DNA of 63,868 nt from Setoptus koraiensis (GCA_048013815.1 CM106586.1:14074001-14137868), one strand, 5' to 3'. Counted from the first letter of the stretch, positions 1 through 13,044 are shown. Program-made: numbers and translations. The notes: generated from the letters alone by a model not told the origin.

Positions 1-851
1 ACTTTGTTGGCGCTCGCTGATTGGCCGAGTGGCGCCACTTGCGCCGGGCCGTCGCCCGAAATTGGAACTGGTTTGTGTCACCCGGCTTGCGGGCCGGCGG
101 CCGGCCGAGCGAGCCGGCCGAGGGGGCAAGCGGCCAGAGTTAATGGTTGAGAACAGGCTCCACGGCAATAATAATAATAATAATAATCATTGTGTGTGAT
201 GGCGGTCTTAGCAGCGCTAATGCAGTGCGCACTTTGAGCGTCAGTCAAACAAGTCGGATGTTCACGATCGGGCCGGCGTCTAATTAAATGAGTTTCCATC
301 TCGCTCGCCGCCAGTCCCGGTGGCTGCCAGTCTCAGTGGCTGCGAGTGCCAGTGGCTGCGAGTCTCAGCGCGAATCGCACTGCGAATCTCGCTCGATTCG
401 CAGCTCGGCGCGAAGCTCGCCGCCGAGCTCGCCGCCAAGTTCGCTCGCTGGAGCTGCGTTCGGCCGCGCTGGGCCGGCTCCATTAACGAACGGAGCTCGG
501 GAGCAAGTTACAATTGCAAGTGAGCAGCTTCTGGCGCCGCTTGTGCCCGCCGAGCAACTGGAACAAAAGTGTGCGCCAACTCATCATGTGATTATGCGAT
601 CATGATACGCCGATACCGAGACCATGATGCGCAAAATTAATCATTTTCAATTATGTAATCTCGTTTGAGCGAATGAGTTGCGTTATGAATCATCTGCATA
701 CTGGTACAGACAAACGCCAACGGTAACAGAGTATCGTGTGATGCAAGTTTGTTGCGCTGCCGGCCGAGACGCGACACGACGCCCTCAGCTTGAGTCGGAT
801 CGAGCGGCCACTCATCATGTGACACTCTCATTTTGATTGCGCCCCGGCACT

Positions 852-912
852 GCGTCCGTCCGTCGCGTCCGTCCGTCGCGTCCGTCCGTCGCGTCCGTCC
901 GTCGCGTCCGTC
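852..912. repeat. 13-bp tandem repeat GCGTCCGTCCGTC, about 4.7 copies
   Basis: Read directly. Confidence 0.9.
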
Positions 913-1350
913 GGCGCGGGCCGGTGGTCGGTGTGGCGCCGGCTCGACTGGCGCTCGCAGCGGCCGGCGGTCGGAGCGCAGTCTCGCCAAATAGTTCAAC
1001 ATGTATGTGTGTAATTGTGTAAACAGCGATGCGGTGAAAGGTCGCGATTAATCATCGTTGATTCTTGTCACATCGCACGCCATTTGATGACTCTAACAAC
1101 ATTGATTGCCGCTCCTTCGCCCGCTCCTTTGTCGCCCTCCGCCTGCCCGCTCGCCCGTTCGTATGCCGGCCGGCCGGCCATCGTGTCTCACCGTGACATG
1201 CCATTGCGTCATTGCTGTGCCGCGCCGCTATCGAGCACTGCAAATCAGCTGACCACCGGGCCGACGCCAATTGCGTAACTGTAATTGTGAGTGCCGGTTG
1301 CACGTGAACTACATTTGTGTTGTTACGTTGTACCGTTTCACTGTTGCAAT

Positions 1351-1420
1351 TCTCGGCGCTTCTCGGCGCTTCTCGGCGCTTCTCGGCGCTTCTCGGCGGC
1401 TCTCGGCGGCTCTCGGCGGT
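1351..1420. repeat. 10-bp tandem repeat TCTCGGCG(CT/GC/GT), 7 copies
   Basis: Read directly; variants are grouped in adjacent units. Confidence 0.95.
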
Positions 1421-2139
1421 TCTGTGCGATTCTCTGGGCGATTCTCGCTGCGAACGCCGGCGCATTCGCAAGCCGAAACGGCGGCACAACGAGCGAATAA
1501 ATCAGCGTGGAATCTTCTCTCGCCGCTGGCCGTCCATCTATCATTCATCATTCTAAACGTTCTTATTTCGTGCCAGCGTAAGTGCGTTCTTTCGGCCTTC
1601 TCTGGGCCTTCGCTCGGCGTTCTCGCGCCGCTCGTCCGCTCGTTGGCCCGACTCTTTGCGTGTAAGCGCCAAATTAACAACGCGCCGCGAACGCACAGTG
1701 ACAAATAGGTGCCCAGTTTGTGTGTGTTTTAGTAGTTAGCGAGCAAACAACTCGTGTGATTGGCAACGCGCAAACACGCTCATGTTGCATTATCCATCAT
1801 TATTGCCACTCGGGTCCGCTAACTAACAGCCGCCGTCCGCCGCTTGTTCGGGCACCGGCTCGCCGCTGCAAACGGAAGTCGCGCGCCGCCCGGCCGGCCG
1901 GGCCAGCCCGACGCCAGAGCGCATACGTGGTTCCGTTTGGGCAATTGCAGCCCCGTTGGCAGCAGCGCCCGCCAGCGATAGCCGCTCGCTGCCGGATACA
2001 GGCCGCTCACAGGCGACAACTAGCGCCTAAACAGACAACGGCCAGACAATGAAGAGCACAGGTGAGCAAGTTTTCAGTTATTACGTAACGACGCCCAAAT
2101 TTTGCGTGCTCATTAAGCTCTTTGTTTTTCATTGTGTGC

Positions 2140-2170
<31 letters not shown>

Positions 2171-3190
2171 CAACTGGGCTTGCGGCTCGGCCCGAGCGCC
2201 GGCCCGCTGGCCGCGCATAACAGCCGAGTGCAGTCGTATGTAACGACTGCGCCGGCAACGTAAGTGCCAATTTTGACCGCAGAGCCGCACGAGGTCGCCG
2301 CTGGCTCTTGTAATTAATGTGCGCCCCATTGAAAAGGTATTCGATCCCTTGGATCAGCGTTGATTTCGAACCGGAAGAAGTCATTTTTGGTTACTTGTCC
2401 CCCATTTTTCATCTGATGCCCAGGAGTGTTCGAGAGTCTGTCAATGAGAGGGCGGCAAATCGCTGTCGTACCCAGGTACGCGGAATGTGCCGATTTTGCA
2501 GACAGGGCAGAATTTCGGGAGCTTCCCGAAGAGATGGAGCTCGTGTAGCGACATAGAAATGTGAGCAAAAAAGTTGCTTGAAAATCTGCGCGATTTGTAG
2601 GTGATTGTTGGGCAATTTTTGTTGAAAAATTGTTGAAAAATTGTTGAAAAATTAGCTTCCAGAGCTGATATCATTGATGAGCCAGTTAGAGCTGTGAAGT
2701 GTATCCAGAATGAAACAAGTCGAATGCGAATCTAGTTGATATTTCTCAGCCAAATGGCCGTATCTCACAAGCGGACAGCAGGTCGTGAACGCACATTGTT
2801 TCTAATCAGACGAAAGGCCCGAACCCGAGGAGAAAAGAAGACGCGCACGCACACCTTGCGAAGGGCGCCCTCTTGCCTGTCGTGTCGTGTGCTGCGTCGC
2901 TGGCCGCTAATGGTGTCTCTGTGGGTCTCGGTGCGGCCGGGCCGGGCCGCACCGGGCCGGGCCATTGCTCTAGCAGCCGCTCTGCTAGACTCTAGCAGCT
3001 AGAGCAATGGCTGCGCCTCGACCGGGCGACCAATGGCGAGTATGGAGCGAGACTAGCGAGAGAGATCCCGACCGATAGATAAGCACACCGCTGCTATCAC
3101 TAGTACATCACCTGTTCGCTGCTCGGCGCTAATGGTCGCCTGCATTGTGTGCCGGGCGCCGCATTCACCTGCCGCCCGGCTGTTGTGCGT

Positions 3191-3268
3191 TGTTGTTGAG
3201 CGTTGTTGTTGCGCGCTGTTGTTGAGCGTTGTTGTTGCGCGCTGTTGTTGAGCGTTGTTGTTGTGCGT
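3191..3268. repeat. 26-bp tandem repeat TGTTGTTGAGCGTTGTTGTTGCGCGC, 3 copies
   Basis: Read directly. Confidence 0.9.
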
Positions 3269-5435
3269 TGTTGGCGGCTTGCGAGCTCGCCGGCCGGCCG
3301 GCCGACAATCGGTCTTGTCGGGCGAGCAGGCCGGCGAGTGAGCGAGCCGGAGATTGGGCGCCCAGCGACAACTTGTTGAGCGCCGCTCGGGCGCTTGTTG
3401 AGCGGGCCGGCATCGGGCGCTCGCATATCGCGTTGTATCGCCGGACAACAATGTGCATTTGCGACGAGCCGGCATGCTGCGCCGCCAAACAACGGCCAAC
3501 AGCGCAACACACACACACACGCACACACACATGAACAAAGCGCAAAATTAATTGCGTTAATTAACGCCGGATGTTGGCTCACGAGGACGAGATATGATCT
3601 ACGGCCGCCAGTCGGCTCACCGATCATTACGCAACTGATCCGATCTACCTGTGCAACGCTTACCTGTGCATGGCTGCGTGCGCTCGTTTGTTTGTTTGCG
3701 AGCTCGCTTGATTTATCTGGTGTCAAGCGCACGGGCACACACACTGGCAAAAGCGAACAAAAGGCGACCCCCGATGCGTCGCCCTCGCCAGTGTAAGGCA
3801 ACCAGATATCAATAACAACGGGATGGGCGCAAGCCGGCACAGGAAATCTGCATATGCGCAACACAGTATTACCATATTACGCAATATAACAATATTACGC
3901 AATATAACAATATTACAATATTGCGCAATTCTACACAATATTACACACATTATAACAATATTGCGCAATATTGTGATATTACATAATAATATTGCACAAT
4001 GTTATATAACAGTGTACAGGCAACAGGGTCGTTGCTGGTGCAGCCGGCCGGCTAACTGGCCGCTGACGAGCCGAAAAGAGGAGCAAAGGTAAACATGAAG
4101 GCCAATACGACAACAATGGCGGCACAGGCAGCGCAATTTAAATATATTCAGCATCACACTTTTGGCGCCGCTCACCGAGCGCAAGGTGGAGGCGTCCAAA
4201 GTCAATTAGCGCTGGCTCGTCCAGGCGCTTTGTTTGTGCTCACCTGAGCTCACCTGTGCTCACCTGTGCACACGCCCCGGCTCGCTGCAGCGTAACATGC
4301 GCATAATAGTTTGCGTTGCGTCACAGACGATACACCGACGCTACACCGACGTTACACCGCTGATATACCGATGGTACACCGATGATACACAGAGAAATGC
4401 GCAGCGGACAGCGGAGGCATGACGCGCGGTAACATGAGCTTGGTCGGGCAGCGCCGGGCCGGCGCTCGCATTTCGGGCCGCCCAACTCAGCCGTAACAGC
4501 CGTAACAGCCGGCGCAGAGGGCGCAAGCGGCGCAAGCGGCGCAAACGTCGCAAACGTCGCAAGCGGCCGGCCGGCCGGCCGGCCGACCATTAATAGATGA
4601 GATGCGCTGATTAAGGGCCAATTCTCACGATGTTCATGATGATGAAGCTATGAGTTTTCACTGCTCTTTATTGGCGCTAATAGTGTAAGAGCCTAATGGC
4701 CGCGCTGCAGCGCCAGTGACGCAATGGCAAATGGACCTGTATAATTGTTGTTGTTGTTGCACCCGATGATTTATTTGATTTGTCAAGAGTGAATCCCATT
4801 ATCTCAATCTGCCCTCGCCGGCTCGACAAGCCAGCGAGCCGGCTAGACGGCCACACGAATGACCTTCTGGCCGGCGCACCGGCCGGCCGGCCCGCTCAAC
4901 GGGTCGCTGGCGGGCCGGCCGGCCGCCAAACGGCCGCTCTGCATCATAATCGTGGCCGCAGCGACTGGACTACATTCAAGCAGCAGCATTGTGTCCGACA
5001 ACAAAGTCCGGCTGCAAGTTGCGGCGCTTGCGCAACTTTTATGCTGGCTCATTTGCATGGGCAAATTTGTTTGTGTCGCTCATTTGCATTGGCATTTGTC
5101 TCGTTTGCGCTGCTCACTCGCCAGTATTTGGCCAGCGCCTGGCTAGTGACAGTAGTCGTTACGTAACATGCACATTATGTAGTGTGTGTATTGCAGGGCG
5201 CTCCAATTTAGACCGTAAGCCGTGCTCAACCGGGCTCACGAGGCCACATGGGCGCACCACGACCAGCTCACCTTGTCGCTGGCGCCGCTGTCAAGCTTGC
5301 GCGCTGCGCCAACTGTTGGCACAGGGGCGCGCGCAGTGTGCAAGTTTGCGTAACAGCAACCTACTGTTAAAAATAGCCAAACATGTGGGGCGGCCATTGT
5401 GTTGCTGGCATCGGCCGCTGCCATCGGTCCGCTGA

Positions 5436-5524
5436 CCCGACAATGTCCGACGGCCCGACAGTGTCAGACGGCCCGACAGTGTCAGACGGCCCGACAGTGT
5501 CAGACGGCCCGACAGTGTCAGACG
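5436..5524. repeat. 18-bp tandem repeat CCCGACAGTGTCAGACGG, 5 copies
   Basis: Read directly. Confidence 0.95.
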
Positions 5525-6297
5525 ACGCTCGGATAATGGCAAACACATATGCTGCTGCTGCTGTCATGTTATTATCCGACGTCGGATAATAACACTCTGC
5601 AACTCTGTGTGAAGCTCGCTTTTTTTTAAAACTGTTATCATTATCCATGATTATCCAACGGGACCCCTGCTCGCTTGCTGTGCTTTATGCGCACAGCACG
5701 CTGGAGCGAGAGAGCAAATACAATGGCGCGCGCATTCCACGCAATGCCAAATTGGATAATACATTGGATAATATGCTAATGAGCCAGTGGCATGGGTGCT
5801 ATTGTTAGTGTGGTCGTTACAGTGATTTGTTTGCCACTTACACGACACATTGTTTGTCGTGCTCACAGCTTGTGTGCCGTGACTCTGACTCGTCGACGCT
5901 GTGTGACGACGACGGGCTGCCGCGACTTTCGCCCGCCCGCCCGCTCGACCGACAAACAGACCGACCGATCGACCGACCGACCGACCGACCGACATTCTGC
6001 GCGCCTGGCATTGGCTGCTCATGGGCCGCCCGATGTCGGCCCGCCAGCCGACACCAATGTCCGGTGTTGGCGCCCGAGGCTCACCGACCAAAACAATTAT
6101 GCGACTTGTGTGCAAATTAGGTGGCGGCCGGCAGCAGTCAATTGAAATGGTGCAAATGAACGCACAAACTCGACAGGAAGGCAACGACTTAATGGAGCCA
6201 GCAGCGACATTTACACACAATTTCACACCCTCTGTTGTCTGTGGCGCTTGCTCCGGCGCAACAACCGCCGCACCGCAGATCCCGTGACAGCCGCCAG

Positions 6298-6442
6298 GTA
6301 ACAGCGACGACGCTCGTCGGGTAGCAGCGACGACGCTCGTCGGGTAGCAGCGACGACGCTCGTCGGGTAGCAGCGACGACGCTCGTCGGATAGCAGCGAC
6401 GACGCTCGTCGGATAGCAGCGACGACGCTTGTCGGGTAACAG
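6298..6442. repeat. 23-bp tandem repeat (G/A)TAGCAGCGACGACGCTCGTCGG, 6 copies, each with an internal hairpin
   Basis: Read directly; CGACGA-CGC-TCGTCG stem-loop in each unit; no spacers. Confidence 0.95.
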
Positions 6443-7177
6443 GTGAGACGCGCTAGTTTGTCGCCCGCGAGCCGCCAAAACTGGCCAACTGGCGGCTCGA
6501 GTTGCCGAAACTGCCCACTGGCGCACCGACATGACCGACAGCGCCGAAACAGGACCCGTCGCCATTACTCTCGCATGTCTCACAATCGGGCCAGCAGGCG
6601 CCGCTGGGGTGCCGCTCGGCACTGGGCTCACAATTGTCAGTGTCGAGCTCAGTGCCGAGCCGGCCACTAACGTGAGGGCTCTTGCCTGTGTCGCCGCCGG
6701 GCCCGTCTCTGTTCCGGCGAGCTGTGCCCGCTGTGCGTGCCGGCGCTCTGTTCCCGCTACAAGGGGGCACATTTTGTATTTCAGTAATTGCAATGCGACA
6801 CAGTTGCACGTGCAAATCGGCCATATATACGTGGCAACGCTTAATTTGGTAACGTCTTCACGTCGCGCCATTCATGACTTAACAGAATGGCGCACAACAG
6901 ATCAATGGAGCGCAAGACAAACACACTCACACCAATAATACCAACCAATGTGAGAGTGGATAATTAGAAACGTGACGCAATATGCTTATGCATCAACGCA
7001 CAACGCACAACATGTAACATGTTATGTAATATGTAACATAATGTTGCTAACAGTAATAACGATAATGCCCGCGATGATATAATAATAACGACGATAGCGG
7101 GGCCCGATTTGGCTGGCCTTGAATTGAACAATGAAACCCTGTTGTGTTTTTCCGTGTGTGCCGGTGGTTTATTTGCC

Positions 7178-7265
7178 ACTTACCTGTGTGATATATCGGT
7201 TGGCGGGTGTTGCGGGCGATTGCGGGCCATGGAAGAAGTAATAAGAGCATAATAAAAATGGTTAG
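7178..7265 (-). other. Candidate recursive splice site (ratchet point), junction 7184/7183
   Basis: Minus strand: CTAAC (7265-7261), catttttattatgctcttattacttcttcc, AG-free for about 75 nt, then acaCAG|GTAAGT, a perfect donor consensus. Confidence 0.65.
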
Positions 7266-8153
7266 ATATTGCGTTTTAAGCGGGGCCTTTATTTAAGCCT
7301 TTGTAGCGGCCAATATCTGGCAGGCGATATCTGGCAGGCGATATCTGGCGGCCAATATCTGGCGGCCAATATGTTGGCGTAAACGTTGGGCCCGTGCCAA
7401 CGTGTGTTTGCGCCAATATCCTTCGTAGCATAGGGGGCGTTTGTTGTTGTTGCTGGCCGAAATCAGTTCCGACAACAACAGCAACAACGAACATGCACCT
7501 ATATCTGTATTTATATCTGTACATATACAATATATTTATATATTTGAGCTTAGCCGGGGCTTAGCCGCCGCTCGCCAGATTATGTAACAATGTACAGGTG
7601 TGTGCAGTGTACATTGTTATGCAATGGTGGCCAGGTAGGCAACAAAATTTTGCAGTTAATGTGTGCGAGCTGCAGCCGATTTAGTGGTCGACTCGACACG
7701 GTTGCTCGGTGTGTCGATGCGCCCGGCAACGAGGGCCAAAGGGGAGCAAAGGTGCATTGTCTTAATTGGTTTTTGCTGCTCGGGTTTTAGATTTACGATA
7801 TTGACTAGTAACTAGATCATAGAGAGATTAAAATAGCAGCATAGCTCTGCTATTAGAGACAGAGAGAGAGAGAGTACAAAGTGTAGAGAATAGAGATTCG
7901 GCCAGAATTGTAGACCAAGTCACGAGTTGTGCCTGTCATAGATTCACCTGTTGACTCATCATTAATTATATCATCATCGTTTGATCGTGTGATCATTAGG
8001 CAGTTACCGGCAGTTTAGTGGCGCTGCTGCTTGTTCTCGCTCACACAAGTGTGCGCAACGTATGTCTCTAAAAATAAATCTTGTTATTACATAATATACA
8101 TACATAATATATTGCTGGTGGTGCCAGCAGTCACCTGTTCAGGTAATATCGTT

Positions 8154-8234
8154 AGTCGATGGAGCGAGAGTCGATAGGGCGAGAGTCGATAGGGCGAGAG
8201 TCGATAGGGCGAGAGTCGATAGAGCGAGAGTCGA
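8154..8234. repeat. 15-bp tandem repeat AGTCGATAGGGCGAG, about 5 copies
   Basis: Read directly. Confidence 0.9.
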
Positions 8235-11200
8235 ATGGCATGAGATTGGCAGAGATTGGCAGAAATCATTGGAATAATTGGACAGTGAGCGAGCCATTGA
8301 GCGAGAGCGGAGGGCATGATCTTACTGTTCATTGTGGTGCCGGCAACAACCGGCAAGTGTTGTTGTCGTTGTCGTTGTTGTTGTTGCTGATGCTGCGGCC
8401 AACTGCACAGCAACAACAGCCGCGGCAGCAACAACAGCCGCAGCAACAACAACAACAGCAACAACAACAACAGCAACAACAACAACAGCAACAACAGCCG
8501 CAGCAGCAAGATGAGATAAGATAAGACGCGGCGGATAGAAACAAAACAACAAGCGAGAAACAAAAATAAAAATTAAATGTCTTTGTTGTTGTTGTCGTCG
8601 TTAGGGCTATTCTCTCAATCGGTCATTACACACTGCACATTATCTATTTTATTATACGTTATCTTATCTACTGCTGCTGCCACAGTCACTAGTCGTCCTC
8701 TAATGATTTGTCGTCGTGATTGCGCAATCTCCATTGTCAAATGATTAACGCATATCGATAAGTCCGTCTCACTCTGCGGAGCTTGTCTCTGTTGTTGTTG
8801 TTGTTGCCGCCGCCGCCGCTGTTGTTGTTGTTGTTGTTGATAACAAACAGCTGATACTAATAGTATCAGCTGTTCTTGCTACACTAACATGTAAAATGTA
8901 GTAGTGTGATTGACCGTGTTATGGCGCAGTGTGGCCGCCAAGACCACATTGGGCTACTCTCACACAATTGCATCATTAAATAAGCGAGTTTTAAGTCGAG
9001 CAGCAGCTTACTACGTTATGTAACATGGGTTGCATAACATGACGCTTGTGTCCAAGATGGCAATTACGCACACTGTGATACAGTGACTGTATCGATCGGT
9101 GCCGCCTGTGTCGAGTCACTGCTATGACGGCTACGCGCGGGCCATCGTTGTTGTTGGTGCGGCCCGCCATCGTCCGGGCCGGCCGCCATGTCGGGCAGCG
9201 TCGAGCGGCCGATTGCGCCGGATGGGGCGCCTGACATTTGCTGCTGCGCTCGACACACTTGGCCACAATTCACATATTTTCGCCATCCCGGGTCTGGGTG
9301 CCGACGTGAGCCGATGTGAGCCGATTTGGGCCGACCGGCCATAATTAATAAACCATCGTGGGCAGACAGTGCCCAATGGACGGCACCAGTTTCAGTTTGA
9401 TTTCGCCGGCTCGCTCCGCCGCTCGGATCGGACGTTGGCCCGCTCAGATCAGTTGCGGCCCTCGGGCCGCTCGGTGGCCGGGCCCGGGCCGAGACACTAG
9501 CGCGTTGGCAAGCCAGCGAGCGAGATCATTTAATCTTCATCATCAATTACAGCAGACGTGCTCGTCGGTGGCTGCCAAGATTTTATCGCCGGCCCGGCAT
9601 TCGCAATACAAATTTTATATGCCATGTATACAAATGTTTTGTCTATGTACATATACAAAGGAACAACCGGTCACACAAACGCAAACAAACAAACAAACGA
9701 ACAAACAAACAAACGAGCGACGCGATCTTGGCCGCCGCCGCCGCCGCGGAACAATGGCCGGGCGGCCCACACGATTCCGCATGATTCCGCCGGCGTCCGG
9801 CGTCCGGAGCCGCACGGAGCCGCCCGAAGCCGGTGTCCCGGCAAGCGAGTCGGCCAAACCGAATTGGCACGCCAAAGTCCACTCCGACGACCGTGGCCGG
9901 CCGGCCGATCGAGGGCCGTCGAGCGAGCGCATGACTGGCGCTTGTTAATAGGTGATGATGGCCAATGATGCAAATGAAACAGCCGGCCAACGGCAGCTCG
10001 GCAAACAGCATTGTAAAACAATCAACAAGTTGTTTTAGCCGGCTCGCAACGCCAACTGCCAATGTCCGAAGCTATTAGCGTCACGGCGCGGTCGTTGCGC
10101 GCGATCACCTTGATTTTGCGGCTTTGCGACCAACGTTGGCCAAATTGAGCCGTCGCTGGCAAGCCGCTCACGGCCGGACACAAGTTTCAATTGAAAGCGC
10201 CGAGCTGTCGGTGTGACTCGCCGGCGATCCAATAATCTAATAATGGCCGAATAACAACTGCAAACATGACCGCCGTCGGTCGCCCGACCCACCGCACTCG
10301 GTGCCACCCGGCCGGCACCGCGCTACGAGACCGCGCTACGAGACCGCGAGGCGAGACCGCGCGAAGCGCGACCGATCGCATATCCGGCCCGCATGCCGCG
10401 CGCATCCGCGTCGCGCTGGCTGGCGTCCCGTCTCGGCGACAGGCTCTCGGTGGCGGGCTCTCGGCGGCCGCGTGGCCCGCGGTGGGCTCGGCTCGGCGGA
10501 CAATTATAATTTAGCCAGCGGCCAACAATATGCAAAATTAGACTGATAGATAAATTTGCGGATATGGCCACATTTTGTCGCGCGCGCGCCATTTGCAGCG
10601 TGCGCAGCCGGCACACGCACGGCGCAGCGCACATCGTGTGCCGTATTGACAATACGGTATTGACAATACGGTTTTGACAATACGGTATTGTGTCGTAGCG
10701 GGCCCCCGACAACGGCGCCGCGCCACGACGGGCGCACCGGGATGGCCGTGACCGGGGCCGGCTCACCGACGGGCCGGCGGTCGGGCCGGTTGGCCGGCGC
10801 GCTCGCTCGTGAGTGCGCTCATGCCCGCGAGATGGATGCAGAGATAAGCGAGCAAGACGAAGCCGTTGAGTGCGCTGCTCCACTTACTGGCCCGATGTTG
10901 TTGCCGTTTGCCTATTGGCTGCAATTCTCGCGAATTGCGATCCATTTAGGGCTTGCGAGTATCGCCGAAGCGTCGCCGTCGGACACACACAAAAAACATG
11001 TCGAAATGGCCAATTGGAGAACGGAATTTGCAAGACACACACACACGACGGGACGGTTGCGGCTCGGAGCGGACCCGCGGACAACAAAGAACCGGCGTGT
11101 GCGTCACACAGCAACGACAGCGGCAACCATGACTCAGCGACGGGCCGCGCTGACCACCGGTCGACCGGCGAGCGGCGCTGGCGCGGCCCGGCGCCGGCCG

Positions 11201-12116
11201 ACTGGCCGCGACCGACACAACAAGAGCGAAGCCCATGATTTAATGATGACCAGAAACATCGTTTGTATGACAAGTTGCAGCGGATAATTTATTGCATGGG
11301 CGTGTCTAGCCAAGAGCCAAGTTTCAGTTTGTGCGCAAGTGGCTGCTCGGGCGCCGCTCGCTGCCTGTTTGGCATTGTTCGTCGCCGCTGTCGGTTGTTG
11401 CTCGGCCGTTCGGTCGCCGGTCGCTCGGTCGCTGCGTCGGTCGGCCGTTCGGTTGCCCGGTCGCTGCGTCGCTCGACCGACCCGACGGCCGAGCCTCAAC
11501 AAGCGCGCCAACGACAGCGCCAACAACCATGAGACGACGACACCGTGAGCATGTTGTTGTTGCCGTTGTTGTTGCCGTTGTTGTTGTCGTCGTTGGTGTT
11601 GTTGCTGGCGTTGTTGCTGCTGTTGTTGTGTTGCCGGCGCAAGTTCATTAGCAGCGGCTTCTCACAGTTCGCGCCTGTTTTGCGATTCGCCGGCCGGCCG
11701 GCCGGCATTCCGACAACTCATGTCATGTTGCGAGCCGGGCCTCTCGTGAGCCGGCCGCGACGGGCCGCGTTCGCTCGTGAACGACAGAGACTCTCCATCA
11801 GAGACTCTATTAGAGAGGTCGGGCATGCCGCCGCGGCCGGCCCCGTACCCGTCGGGCAAGTGCAGGGTGCTGCACCAGTCAGGCCCGGCGAGCCGGTGCC
11901 GGTCGACGGCCACCAGCGTGCATTGTTGTGCGGTACCCATATCAATGATATGGGTATCAGGTTATCGCCGGCATTCATGTTGTGCCGGTACTGGCCGGCA
12001 CAACATGAGGCGAGCACGGCACGTTTCAGGCGGGCAAACTTGTGCGCCGGCCAGTGGACAAACAATAACAATCTCGCCGGCGATAATAATAATAATGATG
12101 CCGAGCACGCTCTCTC

Positions 12117-12189
12117 ACCTGGCGGCGTTACGTAACCTGGCGGCGTTGCGTAACCTGGCGGCGTTGCGTAACCTGGCGGCGTTACGTAA
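12117..12189. repeat. 18-bp tandem repeat ACCTGGCGGCGTT(A/G)CGTA, 4 copies, each junction forming TT(A/G)CGTAA
   Basis: Read directly. Confidence 0.95.
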
Positions 12190-13044
12190 GCTGCCAGCGA
12201 CCGGTCGAGTTGCACAAGACAAAAGAGCGGCCGGCAATCAGACGGATGAGATCGCGAATCGGATGGGACCAAATTGTGTGGCGTTGCGTCATTATTGAGA
12301 GAGCACTGTTGCCACTTCATCATGCCACGACATGCGGCATGATGAACAACAACAATGATAATAATGATAATGATAATAATAATGCGCCGTAATACACAGT
12401 AATACCGGCGACACATAATTGATATCGATGACGGGGTATCCGCTGGGTACGGGTCGGCCCGGTCGGTAATTGGTAAGCAGATGGCCGGCGATGCATGCCG
12501 GTCATGGCGGCCAACCGGCGGCGACACCGCTCAACGAGCGGCCCACCGGCAAGCGCGCACACAAATAGGCCGCCAGCAGACAATATGGAGCAGCTGACTG
12601 GATAGGCCGACATTCGAGAGCATTTATCCGCATTTATCTGCATTTATCCGCATTTGCGTACATGATTGGCTGGCACACAGTGTGCGCAAACGTGAACAAC
12701 AAATAAATTGCAATGAAATAATAATAATAAAATGATTCGCAACGAAATGAAATAAAATCGAAATGAGACCGAGCTCGAAACGAGCGGCCAACAGAGGCCG
12801 GCCGCGGGCCACACCCACGGTACAACCTTGCGCGGCTAATGAGACTAACCAGCTCTCGCTGCGAGCGCCAACAACAACGCCAACAACAACAGCAAGCACG
12901 TATGTTAATCTGTTAATTATAATCGTAATTAACATGGACACGATGATTATATTGATGATGATGCTGATGCTGCTCTCCATTTGTGAGTGCACTGTTTGCA
13001 AATTGAGAGAATAGGATAGTCGCAATAGGAGCACACGTCATACG

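Noticed and set aside
1505-1583. Plus-strand pyrimidine tract with CAG-C-GTAAGT
   Set aside because: Antisense to the host gene, AG and GT are offset by one base, and no plus-strand transcript is supported here.
2700-2803. KQCAFTTCC...H after a TAG acceptor as the missing finger exon
   Set aside because: C-x4-C is present but the Trp and both His ligands are misplaced, and a stop follows without a donor.
3659-3666. Minus-strand CAG|GTAAGC as another recursive site
   Set aside because: No branch motif or pyrimidine tract, and several AGs lie just upstream.
6298-6442. CRISPR-like array of palindromic 23-bp repeats
   Set aside because: The units are directly adjacent with no unique spacers, there are no cas genes, and the context is eukaryotic.
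5651-6871. 406-aa minus-strand ORF
   Set aside because: It runs through the 23-bp and 4-bp tandem repeats, has no recognisable motif, and stop codons are rare in GC-rich repeat DNA.
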